Positions 25,395 to 38,729 of a stretch of 64,000 nucleotides of DNA are shown piece after piece (positions within the stretch are counted from its first letter, which is position 1; every line of letters starts with the position of its first letter). The stretch is from Nageia nagi (taxonomy: Eukaryota; Plantae; Pinophyta). The notes below the pieces were generated by a model. The model was given only the letters and a program-made list of their open reading frames with translations. It had not been told where the DNA came from and did not search any database. The position numbers and the translations under genes were made by a program. The DNA is taken from the NCBI GenBank assembly GCA_050084985.1, contig JBITNC010000002.1, positions 21,080,001 to 21,144,000 on the forward strand, written 5' to 3'.

Positions 25395-28300
25395 TAGAAC
25401 CAATGCTTTTTTTAAATCTTTTGGAAGCTACAAAATCTCCCAAATATCATTCCTTATGATGGAATTAATTTCTTCTTTCATGGCCTTCATTGTAAAACAT
25501 TAGTGTATGCTTATTCATAACTAGATATCTCTAGCTTAACACTACTCATTAAAGCATAATTTACATCCTTACCTCTAAGCTCATCATCATCCTTATCACA
25601 TATATATAAGGTATTCAAGTCTTATTACAACTACTCCATTTTTTGTGCTTGGTCTCTTGTGAGACTTTTTTTAAAATTGGTGTCTAGCATTTCAAAGGAT
25701 GAATGGATAGGGAGTACCCTTGAACTACTTTTAGTCTTTATTGCACTTGAAGAATAGTCATCATCATCATTTGGGACTAATTTTTGCTAGTTGAGATGAA
25801 CAATGGGCTACACTTTTGAGGATATCTGATCATTGGATCTATAATCAACATTAAGTTTCTTATGACCATAATTCCCCATTTATCAAAAATGGCATCTCTA
25901 GAAACCATAACTGTATAACTTTTTATATTGTAGACTCAATATGCTACGATATTTTTATAAGATCCTAAAATAATACATACTTCACCTTTAGTATCTATCA
26001 TTCTCTTATTTTCATCAAGTACATGATCATAAGAAACAACAAAAGACTCTTAAACTAATTCACATTTGATTTATTTTCATAACATACCTCATTTGGAATT
26101 ATTCCATCTAATTTACTAGGAGGACTTCTATTCAAAATATATATTGTTATCCTAAGTACATCAACCCAATATATATATGTAATTTTTTTTATTTGAATCA
26201 TTCTTGTAGCCATTTCAACAATGGTTCTACTCCTTTACTCAACAACACAAATTTATATTGGATTATAAGCAACCATGAGTTACCTTTTGATTCTATTATC
26301 TTTACAATATTGAACGAATTCATTTAAGAAAAATTCCCCTCTACTCATCCTTAAGCATTCAACATAGTATCCACTTTGATTTTCTACATGATTTTTTAAC
26401 TTGTTAAAGCATTTAATTTAAGCTTTATCTTCAATATTCACAAACAGATACAACATATTATTGAAAAATAATCTATAAAAGTAAGAAAGTAGGAATTCTT
26501 ACCCAAGTTTCTATTTGCATGTCCCCACATATGTCCAAATGCACTAATTGTAGTGAAGAGGAGGCTCTCCATTATTATCCTATTAGAATTTAACTTGTTC
26601 TTGTGTTGTTTACCTAAGCTTAACCTTCACAAACTCCTTTGTGATCTTCAACCTTTGGTATTCCATATATAATTTCTTTAGATGTTGAAAATATCAAACT
26701 TATGAAGTTTGAATGATCATATCTAGGGTGATGCAACCTAGAAATTTTATTTTATATGGAAATATTTGTAAGATAAGACACTTATCCTTAAATTTTAATG
26801 TAAATAGTCTATTATTTATCATAAGGACTTTTGTGGCCAGCTTATCACCATTATTTTTGTTAAATATTACACACTTTCCATATAAAAACATAGGCATATA
26901 TATAATTCTTGGTAATTATTTAACCAACACTCAAAAAATTATGTTTCAAATTTGCAGTGTTGTAAATATCATATATTTTCTTTCTAATTTCTTTTTTGTG
27001 CACCTCCATAACTCCAATACCTTCAAATGCAAAGTCTTGTCAAAACCAACCTTAATCTTAGACTTAAACTTGTATGTGTTATCCATGTTCGTAAACAACT
27101 CCCTTTTCACATTTTTTTTTTTTTTTGTTTGTCACCTCTTCCTCTTATTCTTCCTTAAAAAGAACATATTCTTCCCCTTACTCTCACATTTTAAGGATAT
27201 TAACCTCTCCCTTGGTATCTACCTTGACCACATGTGTTAGCTTCAGCCTCTTAGGATGTAAAATCCTTTTCTCCAAATAAGTAGTATTTTATGATGTAGT
27301 TTCTTATATTCTTTTTTCATTAGATATTATTATGGCCACATGATTCCATTTAGTAATAATATATGTAAATACTTTCTTCACAACAACTTCAATCCTCAGT
27401 CCATCACTAAGATTTTTTTTATCTTATGTAAGCCTTTACTATTACACAATAGTGTCCTACATTCTCTCCCTTCATTTTGACGTTCTTAAACTCTCTTTTG
27501 AATGTTTGAATCTTGATTTACTTCACTTAATCACTACCTTGGTACCCATTCTTTAATGCCTTCCATGCATCCTTAGTTGTAGTATAGAAATGATTGCTTG
27601 TTGCAATTGCTTAAGAAATATCTATCACATAGTTCAATATTTCTAGGTATAATGGGAAAATAAAAAATACTATTCTTCTTCAACAAACTAAGATTATCAA
27701 AAGTTAGATACCTAAATCTAGCATACTAGGTTAGAGTTGATGAGATTGTATCTTCCTTAATGAGTAAGAAAGAAAAAATTCTTCAAACATGTATAAATCC
27801 CATAGACATTTTATAGTATGTTCCCTCCATTTATTACAACTTTGTGGTAAAAATATCTCCTTATATCCACCTTAGCATCATAAATATATGAATATAATTC
27901 TCTTATTGATGTATTAGCATAAGAGATAAAACTTGTTTCTTTGTAATTCAGGAAGCTAAAGAACATCTTAAAGAAGGAAATATCAAAATATTTGTAATTA
28001 GAGTCTCAAAATATGTGTATACCTAAGGATTCAATGATCTATCAATAAAATACATTGCTCCATCAATTTTATAATTTAATTCTCCAAATACATATATATG
28101 GAAACTCATATGACACATAGCACCAATATCATGCAATTGAGCATTTCCCAAGATGTAAAGGAAGTATTTAAAACTTCATCATTAATGATAATATTACATT
28201 CAATAGTAACAAAATGAGCAAAATCAAAGTTTTTACTCATGTTTTCTTTATGCACCCTCTTTTATTATTATATTTGATTTTATCCTATAGAATAGAATAA

Positions 28301-28590
28301 GTTTAGGCATCATATCCTTTCTTATCATAATGAGCATAATTAATATTACACCTCTCTCCTCTACAACCTTGATTAGGTCATCCCCTTACCTCTATTATTT
28401 CTCCCACAATCTCACCTATTACTCTCTCCTCTAGAATAATTATAGTATGGATTATTTTCTTTCCAAGAAATACATAATGTATCACCAGTAGGTTCCATAA
28501 TCTTCTTACTCAATCTCTTCTTGTATTGTACAATGTTATCTTACTAAGTATCAAATGTGAGGCCCTTCAACTATACACTAGCTTGAGGCA
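25395..28590 (-). mobile_element. Duplicated copia remnants (copies of 7597-10950)
   Basis: Near-identical ORF track pairs (e.g. 9026/26713); ~190-bp deletion near 27108. Confidence 0.88.
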
Positions 28591-29670
28591 GTTCAAGGTA
28601 ATGGGGACCCACCAATTTTATTTCACCTACAATAGAGCTATATATTCCAATGTATGAGAAAAATAATGTTTAAAATTTTAAATATTAAAAAAATTATCAT
28701 ATTGTTGATTTTGCATAGAACTAGTTGTTAATTGGATAGTCTAAGAATGATGACAAGGTGGATCCAGAGTAAATCAAATGGTAAGTTATCTTATCAAAGT
28801 ATTGATCACTATACTAGCAAACTAGTCATGGTTAAATATGACTTTACTTTTACAAAGATGTACCTAATAATTTCCAAGACAAAAAGCATGATATTATCAA
28901 AGATTAGGCATATTTAAAAGCTATAAGACCATATCTTGTATCGATCTCAACAATTAACTAGGTATTACGTTCAAAATAAAAATATAGAATGTTGTATTTA
29001 TGTCACCCCACACTTCATATAACAATAACTATTAATGGGGTCTGAAGGTATCCATAACATAACATGATCTTAGAATTGGTTTTGCATGATTCGGAATGGG
29101 TTTTATAGTAAGAAGGGATGAATTTTGTATAGATTGACAGTCTCAACTTTAAACCAAAGGTGAAAGGAGAGATGCTAAAAAATAAATTTAAGAGTTTTAA
29201 AATGTGACATGTAAAAATTTGCATAATATAATACTGGGCATGGGTGAATAAGACACATAAGAGGTGAAGATTATTTAAAACACTAAATATATGAGGATTA
29301 TTTAAAATATAAAATATGTGATATTTTAATGGGTCCATGTGAGCTTATATAAAGGCAAGGATAAATATAAATATTGGTTAAAATACTAGTTCTCAAATAC
29401 CATTATAAATTCAAACTTATTTCAAAGGTATGTAGGTAGTTGTTAATTTTTTTTTACATATATACAAGACTTCAACCTACGATTTCTATTGCTATAGTCA
29501 TCTAAATCATTTTTATCTCCTAAATGGAAAAGTAAAGAGTATAATGGGTACTTGAAAAAGGATTTAGATATGATTTTTTTGAAAATATATATATATATAT
29601 ATATGTAAAGAGTAAAGTTTTTAGATTAAAATGGATTAATTATTAATGTGCTTATAAAATATTATTGGAT

Positions 29671-31292
29671 TATTGACACTAAAGATCCCAATCAGCCTCA
29701 ACACATAAGCTATCATATCCTTTGACCATAGTACAATCATTGGCAACAAAAATTCCATATCAGATGCAAGTGCTAATTAAGATTGATCACCTCCATGAGG
29801 TATGTTTCTACTAATAAAAGAGCAAAAGGATCGTGGGGCAAGTAGGATTTTTGGTTGCACATAAGCAACAAAAAATAGTTTACTAATTACTCTTTCTTTA
29901 GAGTTGATTAGGAAAAGGAGAAGGCACTTGCACTCCTATACATTCATTGATGGATTCAATGATTTTTAGTCAAAAGAATAGGATTTGAAGTACTAAGATA
30001 CAAAGACATACCTTTCTACAAATATTCGTAATGAAAAAATAAAATTTAGATAAGATAAGACCTTCTAGCAATAATCAGAGAATTCCAATGACCTTCAATA
30101 GTCTATGGGTTGGTTTTGGGAACCAATTGGGCCCATCAAAATCAAATAAACTCTACTAGGATTGTACCTATGGTGCAATTGGATGAAAATACAACTTTTT
30201 ATAGTTGTAGGAAAATTTTTAGGTTTCTATAATGCCTGCTTGCCTTCAAGAATGTAAGGAGAGTGTCCTCATGCTATTGTAAATATATATACAAATTCTC
30301 ATGGATATCTATAAAATTTGTTGTAAACATATGAAGTATTTGGTAAGTTTTAGGAGTTCCTTTTAAAGAGAGTGTGCTTATACTATTATTTAGATATAAA
30401 TAGATTCTCTTGGATCTATATGAAATATATAAGAATGAAGAAGAAACCCATTAGGGTTACACCAAAAAATAAATACTTTCAAAGTTAAAAGTAAAAAAAT
30501 TTCATGGAAGGTACCAAAAAATCACCTGTAAAGCTTTGAAATCATAAATGTCACATTCAACCTTCTTCCCTTGCTCTAAATGAAATAACAAATGAGAAAT
30601 TGAACCACCATGACTCAATTTTTCTCATTCTTGCCTACAAAATCCTTGAGGTGGTGCATTAAATAAAGGATGTAGAGATTCCTACCCATACATGCATAAA
30701 TAATAGCAAGCAGGTTCTACCTTTTTAAATGTTTTAGAAATTTTGTTGATATAATCGCATGGTAGTTTAGTACAATCACTTTGCTATTATTCCCACCTAA
30801 TTTAAAAAAAAAATTGAGTGTATAATTGCAAGGTGGTTTGGTATATTTTCTTTGCTATTATCCCCACCTAAATTTGAAAAACTTGAAGGTATAATCACTT
30901 TGTGATTACCCTCGATAAATTTAAAAATTTATGGGTATAATCGCTAGGTGGATTGGTATAATCACTTTGTAGTTATACTTGATAGATTTAAAATATCAAG
31001 GGTATAATCATAAGGTGGTTTGCTATAATCACTTTACAGTTATATCCAACATAATGGAAAAAAGTCATGGTATAATCATCGTGCAAATATACCTAAGTAA
31101 AATTAAAAAATATGGTATAATCGCAAGGTAGTTTGGTATAATTATCATGCGATTATACCATATGAAAAAAAAAGAAGAATCACCTTGAGATTCTCCCTTG
31201 TTAGAAAATTGTCTTTTTCTAACTTCTGACATGTGTCAAAAAGGATGAACATGGGGTGGGGGTGGCATTATAAAGGCAAGATATGCTTCACC
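29671..31292 (-). mobile_element. Right-hand part of the MULE (5' region, subterminal array, TIR); transposase and left TIR deleted
   Basis: Matches 16877-18079; ends gatatgcttcacc. Confidence 0.85.
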
Positions 31293-34200
31293 CACTCATG
31301 GCCTGCTCTACCCATACATTATCTCTAGAGTCTCCATTCGGTATCCAAAATGATATCTACTCCCATAGAGGTCCCATCTCACCACATCAATCACCCATAT
31401 TAAAAAAATTGTAAGAGAGGTCAAGAAAAAGGGAAAATCCTAACTACCGTAAATGTTATCATCACTTGGTTAGAATCGATCCAATGATCTCCTAGAAAAT
31501 ACAAAACACTTTACCATCATAATACATCAAATAATATAATTAAAAATCAAATAAAATCAAGCAAATTAAGTCAAATACAACTTATACGAATGTTAACTCC
31601 AACTGGAAAAAAATGCAAAAAAATATATCTAAAACCAATGTAAATCCATTAAAAGTAAAAAATAATGTATTCTATTACATACAAGATGAGAATAAATACA
31701 TTAAAAGTTATTAATGGAACTTCTTTCAAGGGAGTGCCCATACATCAAATATATGATCAATATTATTTTGTCAAATTTACTCGTACAAACTTTATATTAA
31801 TTCCTAACATAAAGCAATAAATCTACTAGTTTGTATCATATGGAGTATATTTCTAAGGAACCAAGCACATCATTTATTTTATTTTCTCCTCAAATGTATG
31901 TAAAAGTTTACAATATAAACCTAAAGATTATAAAAAATATTCAAAATAAATAGGTTCATAAAAATATAGATTATCAAATAAAATATTAGGGAATAAATAA
32001 TTCAATTATATTTATAGGTTGATTAAGAGATACAATCTTAAATGTGTCCAAATAATGTTCTTAGATCTTCTACAAAGTGCATCAAATCTAACATAATGAA
32101 CAATACCTAGATCAGGCACTTAAGCTCGAGAATGAACTACTCTTGCAATTAGATGGCCTAAATATGATAAAACAATATTGATGTTGTTGATTTTGGGCAA
32201 TAATAATATAAAGCAGGCTATAATTCAATCATGTATGAGATTATAATACATCATTTCATATTTGTGTTAACGAATAATACTAAGAGAGATATTGTAAAGG
32301 TATGATCTCACTAATGAGATATCCAAGTGAGATTATAATACATTTTGTCTATAGGCATTTAATAATCTTCATGTGACATTTTGAGTTTATTCCTATTTCT
32401 TCTTAAGATATACCATACGATAACAAAATGATAGATTGACAAATAGATGAACTTATATCTATTTTACTTAATTTAATAAAGAAAGAATATAATAACAATC
32501 TCAACATGTTATAAAGAATTTTCTAATACAAAGTATAAAAGTTGTAAGTAAGCATATATAAATAAATCAATTAGCTTAATGCAATTATATTCTAAACTTG
32601 TTTACAATTACAATGCCATTTGAAGCTTGTACACCTACTATATGGTTTTAGAAGGTTGTTGTTCTACACCCTACCATCTCTACTTACCGTGCTCGGCCAA
32701 GATGAATTTGATGGCCGCCCTGGTAGGAATTTGGTTTAATGGAAGCTTCCATGAACGATTGTTTACTCCAGGAATACATGAAGTCCATTTCACATGTGAC
32801 ATTTGATAGCAAATATCAATTGGAAAGTTGTGTCATTAGGTTTCCACATTAACGAGGTCGGTTACATTTTTTTAGCCAAGGTATTGTATTTTCTTGTGTC
32901 AAATATGTAAATATATTGAAAGAGCTGTTCTTAAATCACATTCCCTTCTTATTCCTTTTTCCCTTGAGAGAATGACGAAGAGCAGGGAACGCCATCGTCA
33001 CCTTCTTCTTCTAATAACAACAATAAAGACCTGGAGAATTTTTGGTGTTGGCGTCACTTCGAAAAGAAAATGATTTCAAGCTAGCCTTCATGGATAGTAT
33101 TCATCGCAACATTACCATCTCAGTACACACATCTCGTCATAAAGCTCTCGTTGACAAGTATGGGGAAGTCATGGTGTTCATTGTTGAGCCTGATCATTTC
33201 ATGGATTCTACGGTACCCCACTGACCAAATTCCCTCTCCCTCAAAGTCAGGCACATCTTCATTGCCCATGGAAGTGGAGATAGAGATTTGGCTCATCTTC
33301 TATTTATCCATTGAGAAAACGATTTACGACTGCGACGAGACGTGAAATGCAAATAAAAATATGTTAAATAGAAAATGAACAGGTTCTTGCTATTTATCTT
33401 AACAATATGGATGATTGATATTGCACGATCTGTTTCTAGTATTTTTGAATCTTCGAGCTTAGCTGTTTGCAGGTAGCATCTAGATTGAAATTTATGTCAT
33501 GTTCCGAAAACATGTTTTACCGTTTGACTGATAGTGCTACGAAACCGAACAAAAAGCAAAAAATTAAATTATTACTCATGAATTGATAATATAATAACCA
33601 TAAAAAAGAAAAAGAAAGAAAAAGTAATGCATAACAAAAAAAAATGATTGCATTATCATCAATAAAAGTAAAATAGATAGAATTTACATCAGATTCTATT
33701 GAAGAAGTAGGGATAACAATTTTTCTAGAATGAGTATATAAAATTCTTAGATTATATTAATTTATGATATAAATGAGTATATGATAATCTATATTAGTTT
33801 GTAGATCCTTATGAGGTATTTTATTGCAATTTTTTTGTTCGTTAAATAATATCATTGTATTCTTTATAAGTTTTATTATATTAAAGGGATAACATCATTG
33901 AAATTTTGTAAGAGATATTTAATTATTTCAATTTTCATTTCATTTCAAAGTATATTAGCTAACACATTTGTTAAGGTCAGCTTCGTGATATTAAAATATA
34001 TTTCTATTTTATATCAAAACTTTACATAAATTATGTTGTAAATGTTAAAGGGGCTCTCAAATAGCCCTATGGAATTTTGTAATAGTCTACTACAATTGTC
34101 CATCCCATAGTAAACATTACTATAATTTATGTTTTTACCTTTTATTTAGTTATTACAAGGTTCATTTTACATCAAATAACATCTACTAACACATTTGTTA

Positions 34201-34940
34201 AGACATGTAAAAGATTATTTAAACTAGCTTGACACATTAGCTTGATGACACTATTTCTAGAAAAAATATTAATAATAATATAAGAAATATATCATGTTGT
34301 TTAATTTAGCGAACATATTTTTTTAAATATATTAAAAATTATTTGATCTAACTTAATACTTTAATTTCAGGCCACTTGATATGAGAAAAAAATGTTTGAT
34401 GATTTTAGATATACAATATTATTTAACTTGCAACTCCTAAAATTTAACACCATATAACAACATATATCCATTCATACCATTGATGATATTACTTTTTACT
34501 TAAAGGTGCTTAACTATTATCTTATGATTTTATTTTTTTCACTCTCTTTAAAAAAAGTTGACATTAAATACAATTTTACAAATCATAGCACACAAAAGAT
34601 ACATTGAAATTTATGATAATCCAAATCTGAATTTATAAAAATAAATACAAAATATAAATATCTTTATATTTCCATAGTATTTTTAAAAATCATCATCATG
34701 TTCTTATGTTTTCAATATAGATTTTAACGATCCTCACATTTTATCTGATATTATACTATACTAATATCATTCATAATATATTATTTGAATTTAGAGAGAG
34801 CTGAAGATTTAAGAAAGAAATTGAGAAAAGTATAAAGATTTAGATTTTAAAAATAGCTAAAATGTTTCTTGTACTATTTCATATATGACAAAACAAGATC
34901 TCTAGTAACTGAGAAGATTTGAGCATATTATCAAGGGGAT

Positions 34941-36150
34941 TTAGACTTTATGCCTAGATGAAAATGTATTGCATCTGTAACAACTATCCATGAGATCAAT
35001 TTCATGGATCTGCAAGCCAACGTCATATAGGCCTCCCTTTTCGCAAACAGAAGGCAAAACAACCCAGTTTGCCCACAATGTAGCTCCATCGTAGCCGGAT
35101 GTTACTAGAAAACGAAAGATAAGGTCACCCTTAGGAGGGTTGCTGATATCCCATATTGAACCATGGTTGCGGGATACTTCCTTCCAATTGTACTCACCAA
35201 CCTGCAAATAAACAAAGCAACGTCCAATTTATCTCCTTGGTTTGAAGCAGATCGTCATTAAACAACAAAATAGGAGGAAGCACACATCATAGAAGGAATC
35301 ATACTTACTGTAGCAATCTCGACAGAAACAATCTCCGTTTGACCTCCTTCATATAAAAATTGCATAGCTAGATAGTCAGGGTACCTGCTGCCTTCAACTA
35401 CCTTGACAGTAAGGTTACGGTCCTGGTATTCACAAGATATCCTGTTCAAACAAACTTTTAGAACTTGAAATGGAGTAAAGATGAGGTTGAAAAGAATTGT
35501 TCACTTAAGGTAAATCAAACCTTTTATAATGGATATCCACCAGGCCTGCCTTGAGGAGCTCACGAGCCATGTGGGGCTTGGCCAAACTTGAGAATGTTAG
35601 TCATGGGTACGACAAAATCTGTGATATTGCTTATAATAATGTCTGTGACAACTATTTTGGCACCTCTCCTTTTGCACAGTCTTGGATTCATGCATCTAAT
35701 CTGGATGAAATTATACAAGTATAGCTATACCAGTAAGTAAATGGTCGTTCTATAAAGTTCAAGTCAAGTGTAACCACGAGTTGAGGTCCGTACCTTATAG
35801 CACGGTCCACATCTTCTCCCTTCTTTGTAAATAGAAGGGCTTCCTGCTGCAACGTTACCACCATTCAATGTTGCTGCAAAATCTCCATAGCCGCAACCGC
35901 CCGCTGCAAACAATTTACGTTTATAAGCTTGACTTCTTATAATTAAGGCAAAAGAGAAATACAACTTCATGATGCCATGGATAATTATACCTTTTATAAC
36001 CTGCTGATGGGCGATGTATGCAATCTTCGACACACCATAATCACAGCATTCGTCTGCCTGCACTTTAGTTGCAGCTACAAATACAGCAATCGTCATGATA
36101 TACGCTACAAACTCAATAGAAGAGTTGAACACAGATGCTGTTATAGCCAT
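34941..36150 (-). pseudogene. EXLA: Expansin-like A copy 2, frameshifted (exons 36150-35991, 35903-35794, 35700-35521, 35441-35309, 35201-34941)
   Basis: 1-nt insertion at 35599 makes exon 3 180 nt and gives TGA at 35562-35560 (136-aa product); also CGAC>CGPC and PSVW>PSVC; splice sites intact. Confidence 0.88.
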
Positions 36151-36225
36151 GGCCTTGTCTTTTTCTTCTCTGCTCCACCAACAATAGCAAGAAAACAACT
36201 GAGCAAAATGAAGGAGATGAGAACG

Positions 36226-36232
36226 TTTTATA
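36226..36232 (-). promoter_or_regulatory. TATA box of EXLA copy 2
   Basis: TATAAAA at the same spacing as copy 1. Confidence 0.6.
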
Positions 36233-38021
36233 GTTTGGAAGCTCATTAAATATCATTGAATCACCTAAAGACGTTCACCAATCATAGTTGGGAAGAACCG
36301 TTAAGTGGATATGGAACTATAACTTCGGAAGATAGGAATTAGCCCATTCGGGGACTTGGTTTGGCTTTGTAACACAGCTATGTTAGAAGTCTCCCATATA
36401 TTCCAAAGAATTGGATGAGATTGATGACTTGGCATTCCAACTCATACATATTGATTAGAGGCTGCAATTCGACATCAGTAAATGGAATCTCATTTATGGA
36501 TGAACACATCCTCGACCACTTGCAGTATGAGAATTCAACAGTTATGTGAACTTGGGCTAGAACAGGATATACTGATACAGTTTATTAATTATATATGATC
36601 CTAGGAAATCGGAGAAGTTCAAATATGAGATTTTCATTTATATTTACATTTACATTTAGGGTATAATATTTAAAGTTCTTTTTAATGAAGAAATAATTTA
36701 TATTAAATAAAAAAAGTTTTTATAAAAAAAAAATTGTGAGTGGTAGAATTCACATTTTTAGGCAGGTTTAATTAATTTTATTTGTCCATTAAGAATACAA
36801 TGAAAAAAAAAAATAAAGAAAGAAGTATCTTCAAATACGGTTATCAGTACCATTATCTTCTTCCATGGAATAATATTTAAAGTTTTGTAATAAATATTTC
36901 ATATGTATTAAAGAATATCAGTTAAAAGTGTAAACATTTAAAATGTAGCTATGGTTAATTCTTATTGATCAATTAATTAAGTTAATATATATATATTTCA
37001 ATAATTTTATAATTTTAATTAATATTGTTTTATTGAAAGAAGATTTATAAGTTATATTTTTAATACAAAAATATTATAAAAAATATTTTTTTTGAAGATA
37101 AAATATGTGAAAAAAAGATTAATAATTTATACAAATAAGTTGTTACTATTGTTTATTCATATCACCTTATTGTTCTTGTTAAGATGTCTTGTTTAATATT
37201 TAAGTTAATTTATGCAAACTTCCAACTCCTACATATTGATTAGAGTTAGCAATTTGACATCATTCAATGGAGTCTCATCTACATATGAACACTTCCTCCC
37301 CCACGTGTATTATGAGAATTTGATCATTATGTGAACTTGGGTTAGAACATATACTGATATAGTTTATTGAGTTATATATTGTCTTAGGAATTTGGAAAAG
37401 CTTAAATATGAGTTTTTCATTTTCATTTATATTTATATTTAGGGTACCAAATTTACAATTTTATAATAAATATTTGTATTTTATATGCATTAAAGAATAT
37501 TGCTTAAGAGTGTAGACATTTAAAATGTTGCTTTGGTTAGTTCTTGTTGCTTAATAAATTAATTAACTAAATATTTCAATAAAAGTTAATGAATTTTTTT
37601 AATTTTGAATAAAAACCTTATGGATAAAAGATATATAATTTATTAATTTATTTTTTTATACAAAAATATTATAAAAAATATTTTGTTCGAAGATAAAATT
37701 ATGTGGATAAATTATATATAATTTGTACAATCAAGTATATATATGACACACATTTGAGTAAGAAATATGCTCACTAGTTCATTAATAAATTGAAATATTG
37801 TACATATATAGTTCAATGATAGAACTAAGAACTACAATACAAAGACTATTTTTTGAGAATGATATTCTCATGTTCAAAAAATGATCAAATTAAATCTACT
37901 TCAAAACATTGTAAAATCATTATGAAAACCATAGGAAACATCTAAACTACATCCCTACATGTTCTATATTATCTCAAAAATAATCCACATTAAAATGGAA
38001 ACCAAAAAAGCTGAAAATAAT

Positions 38022-38455
38022 ATTTTCAAGATCTATCCAATGGTATATCATTTGCACAAATATGAGACCTATAAAAAATATTATGGACTTTAGAAAGTGA
38101 CTAATTCTATTTTATCAATTTCTATACCTCATAACATTTTTACAGTTCTCTAATCAATTTAAATGATATACCATTGGATAGATCTCAAAATGACCTTTAA
38201 AATGAGTGGTCACATGATCCCTATTGAGAAGTAATGAGTCATCAATGATAAAAACATGTTGATGATGATCATCTGCATTTTACTACTAATGACCATCTAG
38301 ATTTTACTATAGATGATCTTTTGCATTTTTTATAGACAACTATTTGCATTTTACTATAGATGATCATCTACATTTTTAGCCTTAAAAAACTCATTACTTG
38401 TTCAAAAGGGTTCATGTGACCACTCATTTTAAAGGTTTTTTCAAGCTCTATCCAA
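38022..38455. repeat. Two overlapping imperfect inverted repeats with a ~22-bp tandem array in the second loop
   Basis: agatctatccaatggtatatcattt / aaatgatataccattggatagatct; cctttaaaatgagtggtcacatga / tcatgtgaccactcattttaaagg; atgatcatctgcattttacta-like units at 38265-38375. Confidence 0.85.
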
Positions 38456-38729
38456 TTATAACATGCTGAGATGATTATTTTTAATTACTTTAGGATTTCT
38501 AAATGTAATATTAATTGGCAGTCTTCAATTATATTTAGAAACCCATAATAAACTAAATATCAATATAATATCACCAATATTTTACAACTTAAAAAAAAAT
38601 TATTTCACCACTTAATATAAGCAATTTTTGTACACTTTCACCATGACTTCGAATCCAATTCACCATATTTTGAAAATTTTTATTTCACCATCATTCATTA
38701 TGCATAACACTGATTGAGTAAGTTGAGTT

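Larger units (their letters stand above)
25395..37578. repeat. Segmental duplication, copy 2
   Basis: Lacks the equivalent of 12034-16876; has extra 30069-30512 and ~31930-34000 relative to copy 1. Confidence 0.95.
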
